A DNA stretch of 62,708 nt, the filler included, from Choristocarpus tenellus KU-1152 (taxonomy: Eukaryota; Protista; Phaeophyceae), in the NCBI GenBank assembly GCA_964200185.2. It is 11 parts of 11 records of this genome, joined end to end, with 100 filler letters (N's around TTAATTAATTAA, not from the genome) between each part and the next. Parts side by side here need not be neighbours in the genome. Positions count along the whole stretch, not along the records: positions 36,773 to 42,281 come from CAXNAD020010570.1; positions 42,382 to 47,048 come from CAXNAD020013543.1; positions 47,149 to 52,930 come from CAXNAD020009769.1; 8 more parts are not named here. One strand, given 5' to 3'. Below the pieces are notes generated by a model that saw nothing but the letters and a program-made list of their open reading frames with translations, had not been told where the DNA came from and did not search any database. Positions 38,652 to 51,131 of the stretch are shown here, in pieces; position 1 is the first letter of the stretch; every line of letters starts with the position of its first letter. The translations under genes were made by a program, and so were the position numbers.

Positions 38652-39840
38652 CTCATCTACATCTGTGAGCTTGAGGTGGTTGGGGTAGTCCTCACCACTG
38701 CCCCCACCCTCACGGTACACACGTGCAGAGCCCATGCGTAGCGCAAGATCCTTCACAGCCACTGCTGTCTCCAGGTCTACTCCACGTCCCAGGACAAAGG
38801 TGGCAGACTGGCTGCCAAATATGAAATACAGAAGAGATGGAGACTTAGAAAGGACCAGCACCAGACGAAGCCATATTGTGTAATATATGGTGTGGGAACC
38901 AATATTGCAAATGGACGGACATGGGTGCGGCGTAGGGTCTGGTGGTGGGGTGGGAAACACAGCGGAGGTACTACTTGATCGCAGTAACGCTGTGAATGGC
39001 ACTGGTCAGTGTTGTGAGTATAGTGATTTGTTCTGGGAGGAACACTCTCGCGTCTAGGACTGAAGATACCAAGAGCCACATCACACCAGGTATAACATAC
39101 TAGTTCCGAAGTAAAAACGGCACCTATCAGTCGAGTCGTCAAAGGCGGTCCGGGGGGGACGTTAGGACTGCAGATGACTACCTAGATTGAGACCTCTTAT
39201 TAATGGGGGTTGGCGATTTATTGCTACCTCTGCATGAGCTCCGACACTGTCTCAAAGGCTTGTGGCCAAGTCACCGGCGCCAAGGAGGCCGCCCCTTCCC
39301 CTGTGGCAACCGTGGACACATATGGCTTGTCAAGACGCTGGCGCTTGAGTCCGTCATAGGAAAAACGGGCCTTGTCGTGGATCCACTCTGAATTGATGTC
39401 CACATTCTCTCGGGGGAGAACACGCATCACCTCGGTCTCCTGTGAAGGGGGTAGTCGCATGGGGTTAGCCCTTAGGAGGGAAGCTCTAGCCTTCGGTACA
39501 TAGGCCTACCAACAACATAGTACTTGCATGCAATTCAGAGTGATAACAAACAGCAGTTGCTCATATAATCTGCACACTTCTCCTTTACCTTGAAATCCAC
39601 ACGTATGTTACTCCCCACTCCATCGGATACGTCGATACTTTCAGCATGCCGGAGCTCCCAGGGCCGGGCCTGGAATGCGTATGGTTTGGAAGTCAACGCA
39701 CCATAGGGCAAGAGCGGGATCTCTCCCTCAATACAGGGCAAAACGCGCTTTCCGGCTGCAACAGCACCACAGCCTCCTGATGAGGCAGCGCGAGTCACTC
39801 CAGACCTTGCAAACTTTGCTATGCCGGAGGCCATTCTCAT
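38652..39840 (-). CDS. nad11: Complex I 75-kDa subunit C-terminal half (nad11b) with N-terminal presequence; exons 39840-39589, 39439-39228, 38811-38652; 3' part not found
   Basis: [78 protein letters not shown]. Exons splice in frame (phases 0,2). The N-terminus is rich in Arg/Ala/Ser. Confidence 0.92.
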
Positions 39841-39985
39841 CTTCCCCATTACCCTGACATTCTCTGAAACCCTCCTTCCAACAAGAAAGGGGTTCATGCG
39901 CGCGTCACCTCGCGCAATCTGGTAGTCTTGTTTCTTTTAGATAAAATAAAAGTGTGATGGAATTGGCATGTTATTGGGATGGGAA

Positions 39986-40275
39986 GATACCAATTCCGTA
40001 ACAAAAGAGAGCTTGATGGTCTGTATTCCTTCACAGGAGTGCCGGAGTTGAAACCCTAGTTGCATAGACCAGATTTGATTCGGAGGAAATTTGACTTTGG
40101 TGGATGACCTGGCAACTACACTGACCAGTTACGATACCAATTCCATAACAAAAGAGAGGTTGTCCGCCTGTATTCCGTGACAGGAGTGCTGGAGTTGAAC
40201 CCTGGTTGCAGAGGCCAGATTTGGTTCGCAGGGAATTCGACTCTGGTGGACGACCTGGCAACTGCACTGGCGAGG
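39986..40275. repeat. Imperfect tandem duplication, period 147 bp
   Basis: gataccaattcc.taacaaaagagag starts at both 39986 and 40133. Confidence 0.85.
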
Positions 40276-40399
40276 TAAACCTGAATTCCCTATGTTGTAC
40301 TGAACTCAAAAACACCTGCATTGAAAGATCTGGATCATGATGGCGAAGATTCATGACGGACCATTGTGTGAAACAGTGGGAATTTTGATCGCCTTTGTA

Positions 40400-40750
40400 A
40401 GTAAGCAGAGAGTTTCCTGGATGAGTAAATTTGGCCACCGTGCAGTGGCCACTTATGAAGTAGGAGGGAGAGGGGCTGGGGTATTACAGGTAAGGGGTTG
40501 TCAAGTCTTGCTTGCGACAGATAGTGTCTGTTACTTCCCAAGTGACTCTCTCGAGACAAGTCAGGCGCAGGTGGGCAAGAAAAAATCTGACAGATGCTTG
40601 GGGTGCTTCTTCCCTAGGTTCTCGCCCGCCCTCGTACGGCTAGAGTAGGGTTAGAAGCATAGCAGAGTACGCATTACTTAGTTGAGAACAACCTTTAAAA
40701 GAGAAGAACTGTTATATATTACTTTGTTAGTTTCAAATAGTACATATTAT
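40400..40750 (+). mobile_element. CRE-like LINE 3' fragment
   Basis: Similar to 23120-23460. Confidence 0.65.
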
Positions 40751-40779
40751 AGGGATGTAGGTGTTTTACTATTCATATA

Positions 40780-42281
40780 CTACCTCCATGCCATAAGTCC
40801 GTGCCGCGTTGTCCATAACGTTTGAAGATGTTGATGAAATTCATTTCTGGAAGAAGATTTGGAATCTTTGACAAATTTCTGGTTCGGGACAGCTCGTTTT
40901 ATTATTATTACACGCCCTATCCATCACAATTTGATTAGCCACAGAAAAAGCCTCCATGTCTACCTTTAGCGTGTTTTCAAGCTCACCAGACAACTGCCTC
41001 TTCCTTACCCCTGTGTGCTCCACACTGAAGTCATTCCTCCCTTTGTATCTAAGTACTTGGTTGTACACCACAAATATGAGCTGCCAAGCCCTCTCAAGTG
41101 TGGTTTCATCATACTCCTCATACTGTTTCTCAACGACCTTCACATCTCCTCAACAGACCCAAATTGCTCCCCCATCACCCGGCATTTCAAAGACCTGAAG
41201 AAGCATAGGTCCATGATATTGAGGACGAGGGAGTTAGATGGCTGGGTCACAAGCCTAATCGACTACCCCTCAGTCTTCCCTGCTCCTGACAAGAATTCTG
41301 AGTTGCCCTTGCCCGTGTGGGGGGTAGCACCGTCTTGCTGAACGACATGCTTAACCTGCAACCAAGGCATCTTGGTCTTGATTGCAAGCAGTAACTCCTC
41401 CGTATACCACTTCCTGCACCACAGATCGTCTAAAGTATAGTCCTGCTCATACACATCCCCCCTTTTATGGTCCTTGCTTGTCCTGTCTGCCGTTTTTGGC
41501 GCACACACACGCCAAGCACCAAGCTTTCCATCAAAGCTGTGAGCCGAATCTGGGCGGGCGTTGGCTACAATGATTATAGTTTGGGGGATATGACTCTTGT
41601 GCTGCACAGTAGGGGACCCTGGAAGGTCGTTATTATCCTCATGCAGAAATACCCTACCCCTTTCCCCATCAGCCATCACATAAAACCAGGTTTCACCCAC
41701 ATGAATCGTGTTCACCATGAAGGCCTACACACCAAATTTTCCGTCCACTTGATCGCAAACAAAGTCCATTCTCCATACCTTTTGCCAAGATTTAAGCTTG
41801 GATTTGATGCAGGGGCGATTCGGCATAGGCTACATATCACCCAACCACCTGTTTACGGTGCTCGTGATATAATTCAGCCCCTTGGCGACCATCTTCATTG
41901 TCACCTGACGCACTGCGGATGACCGATTATCGGAGTTGATAGTATGTATTGCGGCCATCTTGGTCGTTGTAAGCTCTAAAGGTCGCCCACCACGTACCGC
42001 CACCTCTAGGTCAAGCGTGTGGCCACGAGTGAACTGATCGGCAACATCCTCCCAGAGCCCTCGCATGTAACACTCGGATACTCCAAACTCCGCTACGAGG
42101 GCCGGCCCAATGTGTTGCGGTAGTTTATGCATACCAGGGACCATCACGAGGGCGTGCCGCACTGCAAGCGCAAACCTGGTATTCAGGGACACTTTGGCAC
42201 CCCTATGTGGGGGGAGTCAATAGGGGGGTGCCATGCCGACGTTCTGACCCTCAACGTGCCCAGCTCTGGCCTCAAAATCAC
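40780..42281 (-). mobile_element. Tc1/mariner element (plant DD39D-like), transposase ~42192-40841 disrupted
   Basis: IHVGETWFY, QHKSHIP, VANARPD..FDGKLG, VQQDGATPH...QPSNSLVLNIMDLCFFRSLK. TA|CTACCTCC terminus at 40780. Confidence 0.9.
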
Positions 42282-42418
42282 NNNNNNNNNNNNNNNNNNN
42301 NNNNNNNNNNNNNNNNNNNNNNNNNTTAATTAATTAANNNNNNNNNNNNNNNNNNNNNNNNNNNNNNNNNNNNNNNNNNNNCTATATCCGTTTCCATCCT
42401 ATCCATGAAGCTTATGAA

Positions 42419-42614
42419 TGATTTCCCAGCTCACCAGGATTAATCAATCGCTTCAACGATTGATTTCCCAGCTCACCGAGATTAATAGTCGCTTCGACGA
42501 TTGATTTTCCAGCTCACCACGATTAATTAGTCGATTCCACGATTGATTTCCCAGGAATGCAACGATTAATCAGTCGCTTCGACGATTGATTTCCCAGCTC
42601 ACCATGATTAATTA
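42419..42614. repeat. About 4.7 copies of a 41-43 bp tandem repeat
   Basis: Consensus tgatttcccagctcaccacgattaatcagtcgcttcgacgat; units start at 42419, 42461, 42502, 42544 and 42587. Confidence 0.95.
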
Positions 42615-43591
42615 CTACAAAAACGATTTTGTACCACATCAATTCTGTGTCGCTTTTTTCGGGCATGCCCATGGGTGAACAAAATCGGGGTGGGTACTGT
42701 ACCACACTTTTGATAATAATAAACATAATATAGAAATATTACTATACCAACAACATAACCTACTACTATATAATAAATATATTCTTATTTTTTTTAGAAT
42801 TTAGGTTCTCAATTATGAAGATGGAGGGATGGTGATGACGTAATCTGAGTGTCAAGAAAATTTATGTAGGTGGGTATAGATAGAATGTTCTTGGTGTTTA
42901 AGTCCATGGACGCAAGCACTTCCTTCCACAAGTAAGTTCGAACATGGCGAGCCCATGGTTGTTAGTACAAACATAAACATGATGGAAAATTACGGTTTTA
43001 CGAACGGTTAATAATCGAACTAAAGCCAACACCACACCACCAATAATAATATCATATGATTCCAACATCCACAATGATACCAAAAAGAAAATATGTATGG
43101 GAATCGATATCAACCGATCATATTATTGTTGTCATAATATATTTACATCAAATATGTAGTTTATACTTAAATGTTTCAAAATATCCATCCTTGAATCGAT
43201 TTTGTGAGGTTATATGTAGATATTATATTCTGATTGTTGATCGGTCTTGTGCTAGTTGTTGAAACGTATCGTCGGTTACCAAGAATAAACTTCTTACATA
43301 TCCATGGATAAAAGGGATAAATATATTGGAACCTCCGTTAAAGTGTGTCAATGAATAAGCGTATTTTGGTAATTTTCGTTAAATCAAGACAGCTCGTCTG
43401 TCCAATAAGAACAAGGAAAGAAAGTTGTAGATACTTGAAACAGAATATCCATGGCAGTATCATGTATTTGTTGATACACCTCAAAACCTCAAAACCTCAA
43501 AACTTGGACCCACATAACACAGATCATCAACGCTTCCCTGACCCCTCACCCTTCATCACAACAACGCAGAGTTGATCTCTCTTCTTTCATC

Positions 43592-45780
43592 ATGTCCTAT
43601 GAAACGTCGAAGACGATGGTCGAAATTCCTGACAAGAAATTTTGGGCCAAGGAGTTACCAGAAAGATTCAGTACCGAGTTTGCTCATGTAATGGCACGAG
43701 ACGGCAAGCCAGTCGAGTACCAAACTCTAACCAGACTCTATTCACTCCTGCTGTGGAAGCTAGACTGGATAATAGACAACGATCCATGGGCAGGGTACAA
43801 TCCTGAAACAGATGGCAACCCCATCGAAGGTTAGCAACTTTACACGTTACATCATACTACACAAATTTCTTAGGTTGAGAGCTTATGGACAGTTCATGTA
43901 CAACTTAAAACCTTGTAGTCGTCCTTGTGCCACCGTATTCCTTGAACTCCTTTCACACTACTATCCCCTGGTTGCGTGCTTACTTGTATTGCAGGACATT
44001 AGAGAGGAAAAATACATCATAGCAACACCCGCCGATATTATTTTGTTCTCTATTGTAGTACCGTTTCACCACCCCTTTGATTTCAGGAACAACGAGGTCG
44101 ACGTTTGTTTCGTGGGTCCCTATCTACAGCGGTAATCTCACGTTTGTGAGGATTTCAACAAAATATACTCCAGTGCGCGATGTATACTGTCCACCACCTT
44201 GACATGCTGCCTCGCCTCTCCAGCGTACACGAGATATCTTGATATACAGAAGTCACAAGCGTTCGACGAGAGTTACGATGTATCCAAGTTTGGAGCAGTG
44301 ATGAAGATATCGCCCACTTCCCAGACTATTTACAAGGAACTGGTGAAGGAGGTATGCCACAAATGTGTCCCCGCCATGATTGTCCAGATAAACTGATGTC
44401 TTGTGCATCGTCAATTTGATGTGGACAGGAGACATGAACGCATGCTGAGGAAAGAAATATGTGAGTCACATTTTTCTCTGGTTGCATCTATTGAGTCCAG
44501 CTCTTCTTCTTCCTAGGGCCATAAACTGGATACACGATGAGAAACTTGAAAATTGTCGAGGTCAATGGTCTATTTATTACGAAAGGAAAGTTGCTCGATA
44601 CTGATAACACCCCATCTTTCAAGGCAAAGCGCCGGCAGTGTCATTCATTCACTCTTTCATGCAACATAACTTATACAGGCCGACCTCACTTGCCCACAGG
44701 CCGAAGATTGTTTCAAGACGCATCACAAAGCTGTAATGATGGAGTTCGACAGGTGTATTTTGAACTTCGTCGCTTTTAACCGCCTGCTCGCAACGCCAGA
44801 GGGGGTTGAAGCGGCCATGCAAAAAGTGCCACTGGAGAAGTATCTTGAATATCGCAAGTGGACTGGCGCTTTGACTCCCTGTTCTGGATTGTTGTGGACT
44901 GGGGAGGAATGGTCAAAGGTAGACCAAGCCTTGTTGTATTGTTTCTTGTCGACTCCCTATCAAACATCATTCTGGCAGGACCAATCAAGATCTCGAAACT
45001 ATATCATGATAGGTTGATTGACATAAGAAGAGGTTGGATTATTGGTACGCACATGATGCGTACCTCACAGTCGCTAATTGCTACCCACTGGTGTGCAAGA
45101 TGCATCATAAATTACACTACCATATATTCTCTCTCATAAAATTCAATAAGAACGCCCGTAACACAGATGGTATAGATGTAGTGACGACTGTCACAACGCA
45201 TGTCTGGTTAACATGTTGCTTACAAAGATAGTGTCGATAGAAGGTGTATTCCAAAGATTGGTCAAGCGTTTCATGCTCTGCGGTAGTGCTGCTCCTGAGG
45301 TCTTGCCGTGATCCGACGATAAATCTATTAATACAATGACTATGCGACAGTTAATTAAATGCAAGAAAGAGACAAGAGAGGCAAAGTACTGGAAAATTAA
45401 TGTATCATGTACCCACTATGCCCTGTTCCGCAGGAAGAGGCTGAAGAAGCGGCCAAGGCGGCTGCAGCTCTCAATGACATTTACGACTATCACCGTGACA
45501 AGATGGAAAATCATTTGATCCTAAGGCATTACTTCGACTCGGACGAGGCAATGATTATCTTTGTGAGGGACTACTGGTATGATGTGCGGAGTCGTGTTGG
45601 GGAGGAAGCGAGAGGATGGATGGACCGCTGGATGGTGTACCAGAAGGATGAAGAGCTTCAGACTGGAAGAGGATGTGATCGTCAATGGTATGACCGTCTC
45701 AGCATACACTTTTGTTGGCGATCTTCTTCTTGGAACTGACTTGGACGATATATCGGAGAGCTGACTACAGTGCACAAGGT
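43592..45780 (+). pseudogene. Decayed ORFan gene(s) with many very short GT-AG introns
   Basis: Candidate introns 43830-43873, 44182-44223, 44352-44428, 44461-44516, 44638-44699, 44919-44978, 45045-45099, 45170-45227, 45386-45433. The intervening exons read as protein. No family recognised. Confidence 0.55.
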
Positions 45781-46740
45781 AATCCCCCCTTCTTTGGGAA
45801 CCACCACCGTGTTAGGCAACCACCACTCTCAATTGTTCACTTCATTTTTCAAACCATATTGGAACAATTCCTGGGATAGTTCGAATCTACAGCTTGGCTA
45901 ATCTGTTGTCTTGTTCACTGGCAACTGTAATTTACCCCTCTTTTCCCCTCCCTTAGTGCTAACCCCACGTGCGCTAGAATCACATTTGACCACATCCTCT
46001 CTGATTACATTTACCACATTTTGAGGCCATTTATTCCTCCTGAACATGTACTCAGGTCGTCCGGCTTTCTTCATCGCAGCCATGCCCAAGTTCATATGTA
46101 AGGAGAAGAAGCAATGGACGCCCACTTGTAGGGCGGCTATGGGCTACCCGCACATCTGATCATCAAAGACTCCACTGACCACCCCATTCTTCGAGTGCAG
46201 AGTCGTTTCAGGATGTTATTACAAGCCTTCTGGCATAGGAGGTCATACATTGCTTGCTGTCTCCACTTTGGTTCACCAGCACAGGAGTGCTGGTCTGTAA
46301 ATGCACGCTGATCTCTTAAGGCATTTGTTCAACGCAGGGTAACACATCTACCATTGCAAACTTCATAGACACAATTGTGTTGGCGAAGTCCCTAGTAGAG
46401 CTCCATGCTCCTTAGGAGCAGTTGTCGTCACTGAGAACAATCAGACCTAGGAATGAGAGGTAGTGTTATTTGGGAAGATTGTAGACGAGACGGCAAAAGA
46501 AGTTTCTAGTTTCTTGAACAATGTGGTAAAAGTGAATATATATTATTAGGAGCGAACCCAAATCGAAAATGTGATGTAGAGAGGTGAATGTGGAACCTGA
46601 GAATTGAGTTGATGATGGTTGTACAAGACAGAACTTCTGAGACAGTAGATGCACATTAAATAATTTCTTGCTCCTTCTTCATGTACAGGTTAGATTTCTT
46701 TTTGGTGTAATTTGTGTAAGCTATGCGTGAAGTATTTGCT

Positions 46741-46999
46741 GAGTGAAAGTATCTTAGAGGGTACGAGTCTTGCCCTGTTTGTCCATTTGGGGCTTGGCTT
46801 CCCAAGGGTTTTTAATGACATTTTACCTACTACTCGACAACATTTTGGAGTAGGTGAAATGTGTACGTTATGAAAAGTAGTGTCCAGACGAGGATATTGA
46901 CATCCTAACAAGAATGATAGTCAAAATACATCAAAATTGCAACATTGGAAGTTTTGGCCCCAAATGGACGCGGCTGTACCCTCTAAGATACTTTGACTC
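46741..46999. mobile_element. MITE family B copy with 4-bp TSD TGCT; a second truncated copy at 47007-47048
   Basis: tgct|GAGTGAAAGTATCTTAGAGGGTAC...GTACCCTCTAAGATACTTTGACTC|tgct. Confidence 0.92.
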
Positions 47000-49900
47000 T
47001 GCTGTAGAGCCAAAGTATCTTAGAGGGTAAAGTCGTGTCCATTTGGGGNNNNNNNNNNNNNNNNNNNNNNNNNNNNNNNNNNNNNNNNNNNNTTAATTAA
47101 TTAANNNNNNNNNNNNNNNNNNNNNNNNNNNNNNNNNNNNNNNNNNNNACCCCCCCCAAAAACCCACAAAGAAAAAAAGGGACCCAAAAAAACCCCCCCC
47201 CCCCCCCCCCCCCCCCCTCTCCACAGATACTTTGAGACAAGCCTTCTATGTACTGCTAGTATCCCGTAGACACTAAAGAGGCCTTTCATGGTTGCAGTCA
47301 AGTAAAGAAAACACCCACTGTAAACACCCACAAAAAATCTTGAAAACCAACCCTATACACTCAGAATCATGTTCAGCAGAAGAGAGTGATCAATGCCATG
47401 CAATTCTTGTCAAGCAACTACTGTTCCTGCCGCTTCCATTTCAATAGCTCAACAGGGCAAGGGGGAGGGGGAAAAGGCTCAGACAATTCCTGACATGAAA
47501 GGGGGAAAGGGAGGGAGAGGAGCGGGTTAAGCCCTAGCCCCAAGTCCATCTATACACCACCAGGGAAAAATAACATGCTTCAAAGTGCATGGTGGATGAC
47601 CAAAGCACTTGCCTCGAGTGGGCGCACATAAGACCTGTACTGTACTGCCATGCCCCCCTCCCACAAACATCTGCGTGTTTTTGGAACTCCCTGCACCGCA
47701 CTTGGAATGGTGTTGCAATGTACATGTACTATTCTGAAAAATCAGTACACACCTGCAGCTGCTCCATGGCAATCTTGAGCATGCGTGCAACATCTCGGAG
47801 TTCCCCCCGTAGGCGATTGAGCTAATAAAAGACTCAAAGCAGTACAACAGCAGCAAGTTCATGGTTTGGGTCCAAGGGAGGCAATGTGGCGGGTATATGG
47901 TGAGGCGAAGCATAAGGAATAGGGCAGCATCGCAACTGATTAAGGGTTGGTACAGGACGTTTCCATGCAACAAGGGTCGTGATGACATGACAAAATTGCT
48001 GGGTGCTAGGATCAGGCTTAGGTTTGTATGGATGATGGAGGGCGTAATTGACCTTGGGAGTGGAAGGGCTTTGAGAGGGAATCATATTCAAACTTACTCG
48101 ATCATCAACAAATAAAAAGATATTGGAGTCTCTTCCATAACCTGACATTGTGCAAAATACTCCAGCACATCAGAATACTAGCACCCCTGCCACCAACTAG
48201 AACGTTACCGAGATTGTACTCAAGTCCCTTCTAGTGAGAATACTACAACACTGTCAACTCAGAATACATGGAAGGCGACAAGGTTCATGTGCTACTTAGG
48301 ACACTTTTACAATTGGCTGCCCCAACAAAAGCAGGGGTTGTTGCATAGCACACCAATCAGTGCATCTCCTGCCCTTTAATTGTAACCATAAGTGTAACTG
48401 CACTGTTACACTGTTCGGAATTTCTTCCTGCACGGGGTGGTAGACACCCAAGCAGTAGATGCTACTGCTGTGATGTATACTGATCAAAGATCACCAGGAA
48501 AAAATATACAGTCCCCTCCCAGCCCAACACATAGCTCTTTCTTTTAGTATTATTTTCCCCTTATTTTTTAATATTCTAGCAAACAAATAAAATACGTTTT
48601 ACACAGTACGATAGATGGAAGACTCTTTTTCCAAGGTTGAATCTGATCTCAGGGGTTGAAAGAATTACTTGCAGTAACTATTTTATTCTCCTCAGTATTG
48701 TCCACAACAAACTTCTACACTGCATAGTACAATTCAAAGCACACATAAACAGTATTGGCTCTGTAGCGCCAGGGAGCTGCTCTGCCGCGCCCCAGAGCTA
48801 CTGAATCACTAATCCCCCCTCCGCTACCCTCAACACCTGTGCCACGATTGCAGGGGTGTACTGCCTTTGTTGCTTCCTCCCAAACTGAAGGCCAACCATA
48901 TCGAGGTTGCCCTGCTGCTCCCCCCCATGAACAACCGAGTCGTTGTTATCTCGAATCGACCCGTGAAGTTGCTTCTCCACAACAAACCTTATTGCATGAT
49001 ATGGTGTGGATCCCACAAGTAGGGTGAGGGTTGGAGGTGGTGCTAGGGTAACAGATTAGGGTAACAACAGATTTTGGTAGCAGGGGTTAGGACCAGGTCG
49101 TAGCCAAGTCTCGACCAATGGTTCCTTGACGCAAACGATTATCTAGGAGAGATGCATGGCGTGTTATACCCTAGGGTTGTGGCAGGTTTTCTTGCATTCC
49201 ATTGAGAAGTGAGCGGACCAGAAATATGCTATGAATCCATAGTTCTCACCGTGGAAGGAACATTGCATGGGCACTTCAACTACAGTAGGATGTGTAAAGC
49301 GGAAGGTGGAAAACCTTTCATCATAATGGTCCTTTAGGAACCAAATTAAGGTGCTCAGTACTCAGGTTATTTATTATTGTGATAGATAATCCCTAAATTG
49401 TTTTTGCCTATGATGGAGGCCCTTGTCAGCGGGAGGGTGGTGTTCTTTTCAATCTGACCCTAACCCTAACCCTAACCTAGGTAAGCCAGACATGCACCAC
49501 GCCTTATGTGCTAGGGCCTTTCTTATTGTGCTTACAATAAAGCCCTCTTAACTCTCAAACCCAGACAATTCAAAACTCCACCAATTGACCTGTGTGTCAT
49601 ACCTCCTCCACTGTAGGTACTCCCATCACCAATCGCCTAGTGTGCATTGGTTGCAGAAAACACTCACTCTCTCACACACACACTTATGTGCAGCAGTACT
49701 GTACTAATAAATATACAGTAGTTAATAGTACTTAGGGTTCTACACCACCCCGACAGAAAAACAGGTTGGGGGTGGGCTGGGTAACAGCCTGGTCCCATGA
49801 AGATCAACTAAAAGACTCTGCCCCAAGGTCTGATCCCTTAAAATATATTAAAGCCCTGGTCTGGCTCCATCAGAAGTATTTTCTTGTGCTGGACAAGCCC

Positions 49901-50293
49901 ACTTAGTAACAGTTCATTAAGCATAGAGCTATCCTCTCATTGACTGGAAGTGTCACTGACTACTCTTGGGTCCCCATAACTGGCCTTTTGGGGCATGTGC
50001 TTCTTCCTTTTCCGATGGTAAACTTTACATGCGTGTGAAGACGATATGGTTGTCTTCTCCTCTACACCCACAGCCTCCTACAGGGGAGGGGGATTGGATA
50101 CATTTCATTTACGGAAAGTCAGGAGGTTGAAAGGTTCCCAAGTTGCTCAAATTGGACTTAACTAGACCACATTCTAAGATAAGATGGCTAGAATTTTATC
50201 ACCCGTTCAATTATTATTTTTTTATATACCCACAAAGTGTGCTGCACTTCAAACTACAACGTGCTGAACTTTTGACATACAGTGCACCGCTTC

Positions 50294-50379
50294 AAAATGT
50301 GGAATAAATAAAACATATTTAACAATAATAATAAAATGTGGAATAAATAAAACATATTTAACAATAATAATAAAATGTG
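50294..50379. repeat. Perfect 39-bp tandem duplication
   Basis: aaaatgtggaataaataaaacatatttaacaataataat x2 plus a partial unit. Confidence 0.9.
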
Positions 50380-50873
50380 CTGCACTGTAGTGAACGGTAG
50401 GTGCATGTGTGGGTACCATAGGAAAGGAGTGCTTGTCATGTGAGGTAAAAAAAATTGATGTACACTTCCCCGACTTCAGGTGGAAGGAACCATTCCAAAG
50501 AGCCATCTCTGTTCCTCTCATAAACACAAGTGACACCATACCCTCACAATATTATTATTATTATTCTGAATCTTCCTCCAAAGAGTCAGAACAAGGTATC
50601 GGTTGGCTTCTTTTAAGGTTTGAGGAGTGCATCGTCCAAAAGCTCTCTCACGCTCTACACTAACTAAACCTGCACGGAGTACGGATTCGCTCACACCGGC
50701 TCCTTCCCATCAAAAGGTACACCAAGTGTTGGTTTGGACAAAGAGGATCGGGGCAGATACCTGACTGGGAGGGTTGTGCAACGAACCTGCCAGTTCAAAC
50801 GAGCCAAAACCGCTTTGATATAAGGGTTAGGGTTGGAGCTCCAGTTCTGACACCAGCACATCCTCATCTGTCA

Positions 50874-51131
50874 GAGTGAAATTATTCTAGAGGGTACGAG
50901 TTTTGCCCTGTTTGTCCATTAGGAGCTTGGCTTCTCTCGGGGATTTTATGACATTTTCCTACTCCAAAATGTTTCAGAATAGGTAAAATGTGTATGTTAC
51001 AAAAATGTGTGTCGAGAATAAGGATACTGACATCTCCTAACAAACACGATAGTCAAAATTACATCAAAATTGCAACATTGGATTTTGGCCCCAAAATGGA
51101 CACGGCTCTACCCTCTAAGATACTATGACTC
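50874..51131. mobile_element. MITE family B copy
   Basis: TIRs present; flanks gtca/atca. Confidence 0.88.

Noticed and set aside
42419-42614. CRISPR-like array
   Set aside because: Units are contiguous with no unique spacers, no cas genes are present, and the context is eukaryotic.
44429-45330. Alternative genetic code in the mini-intron gene
   Set aside because: Both TGA and TAA interrupt the frames and frameshifts are also needed; ordinary decay explains it better.
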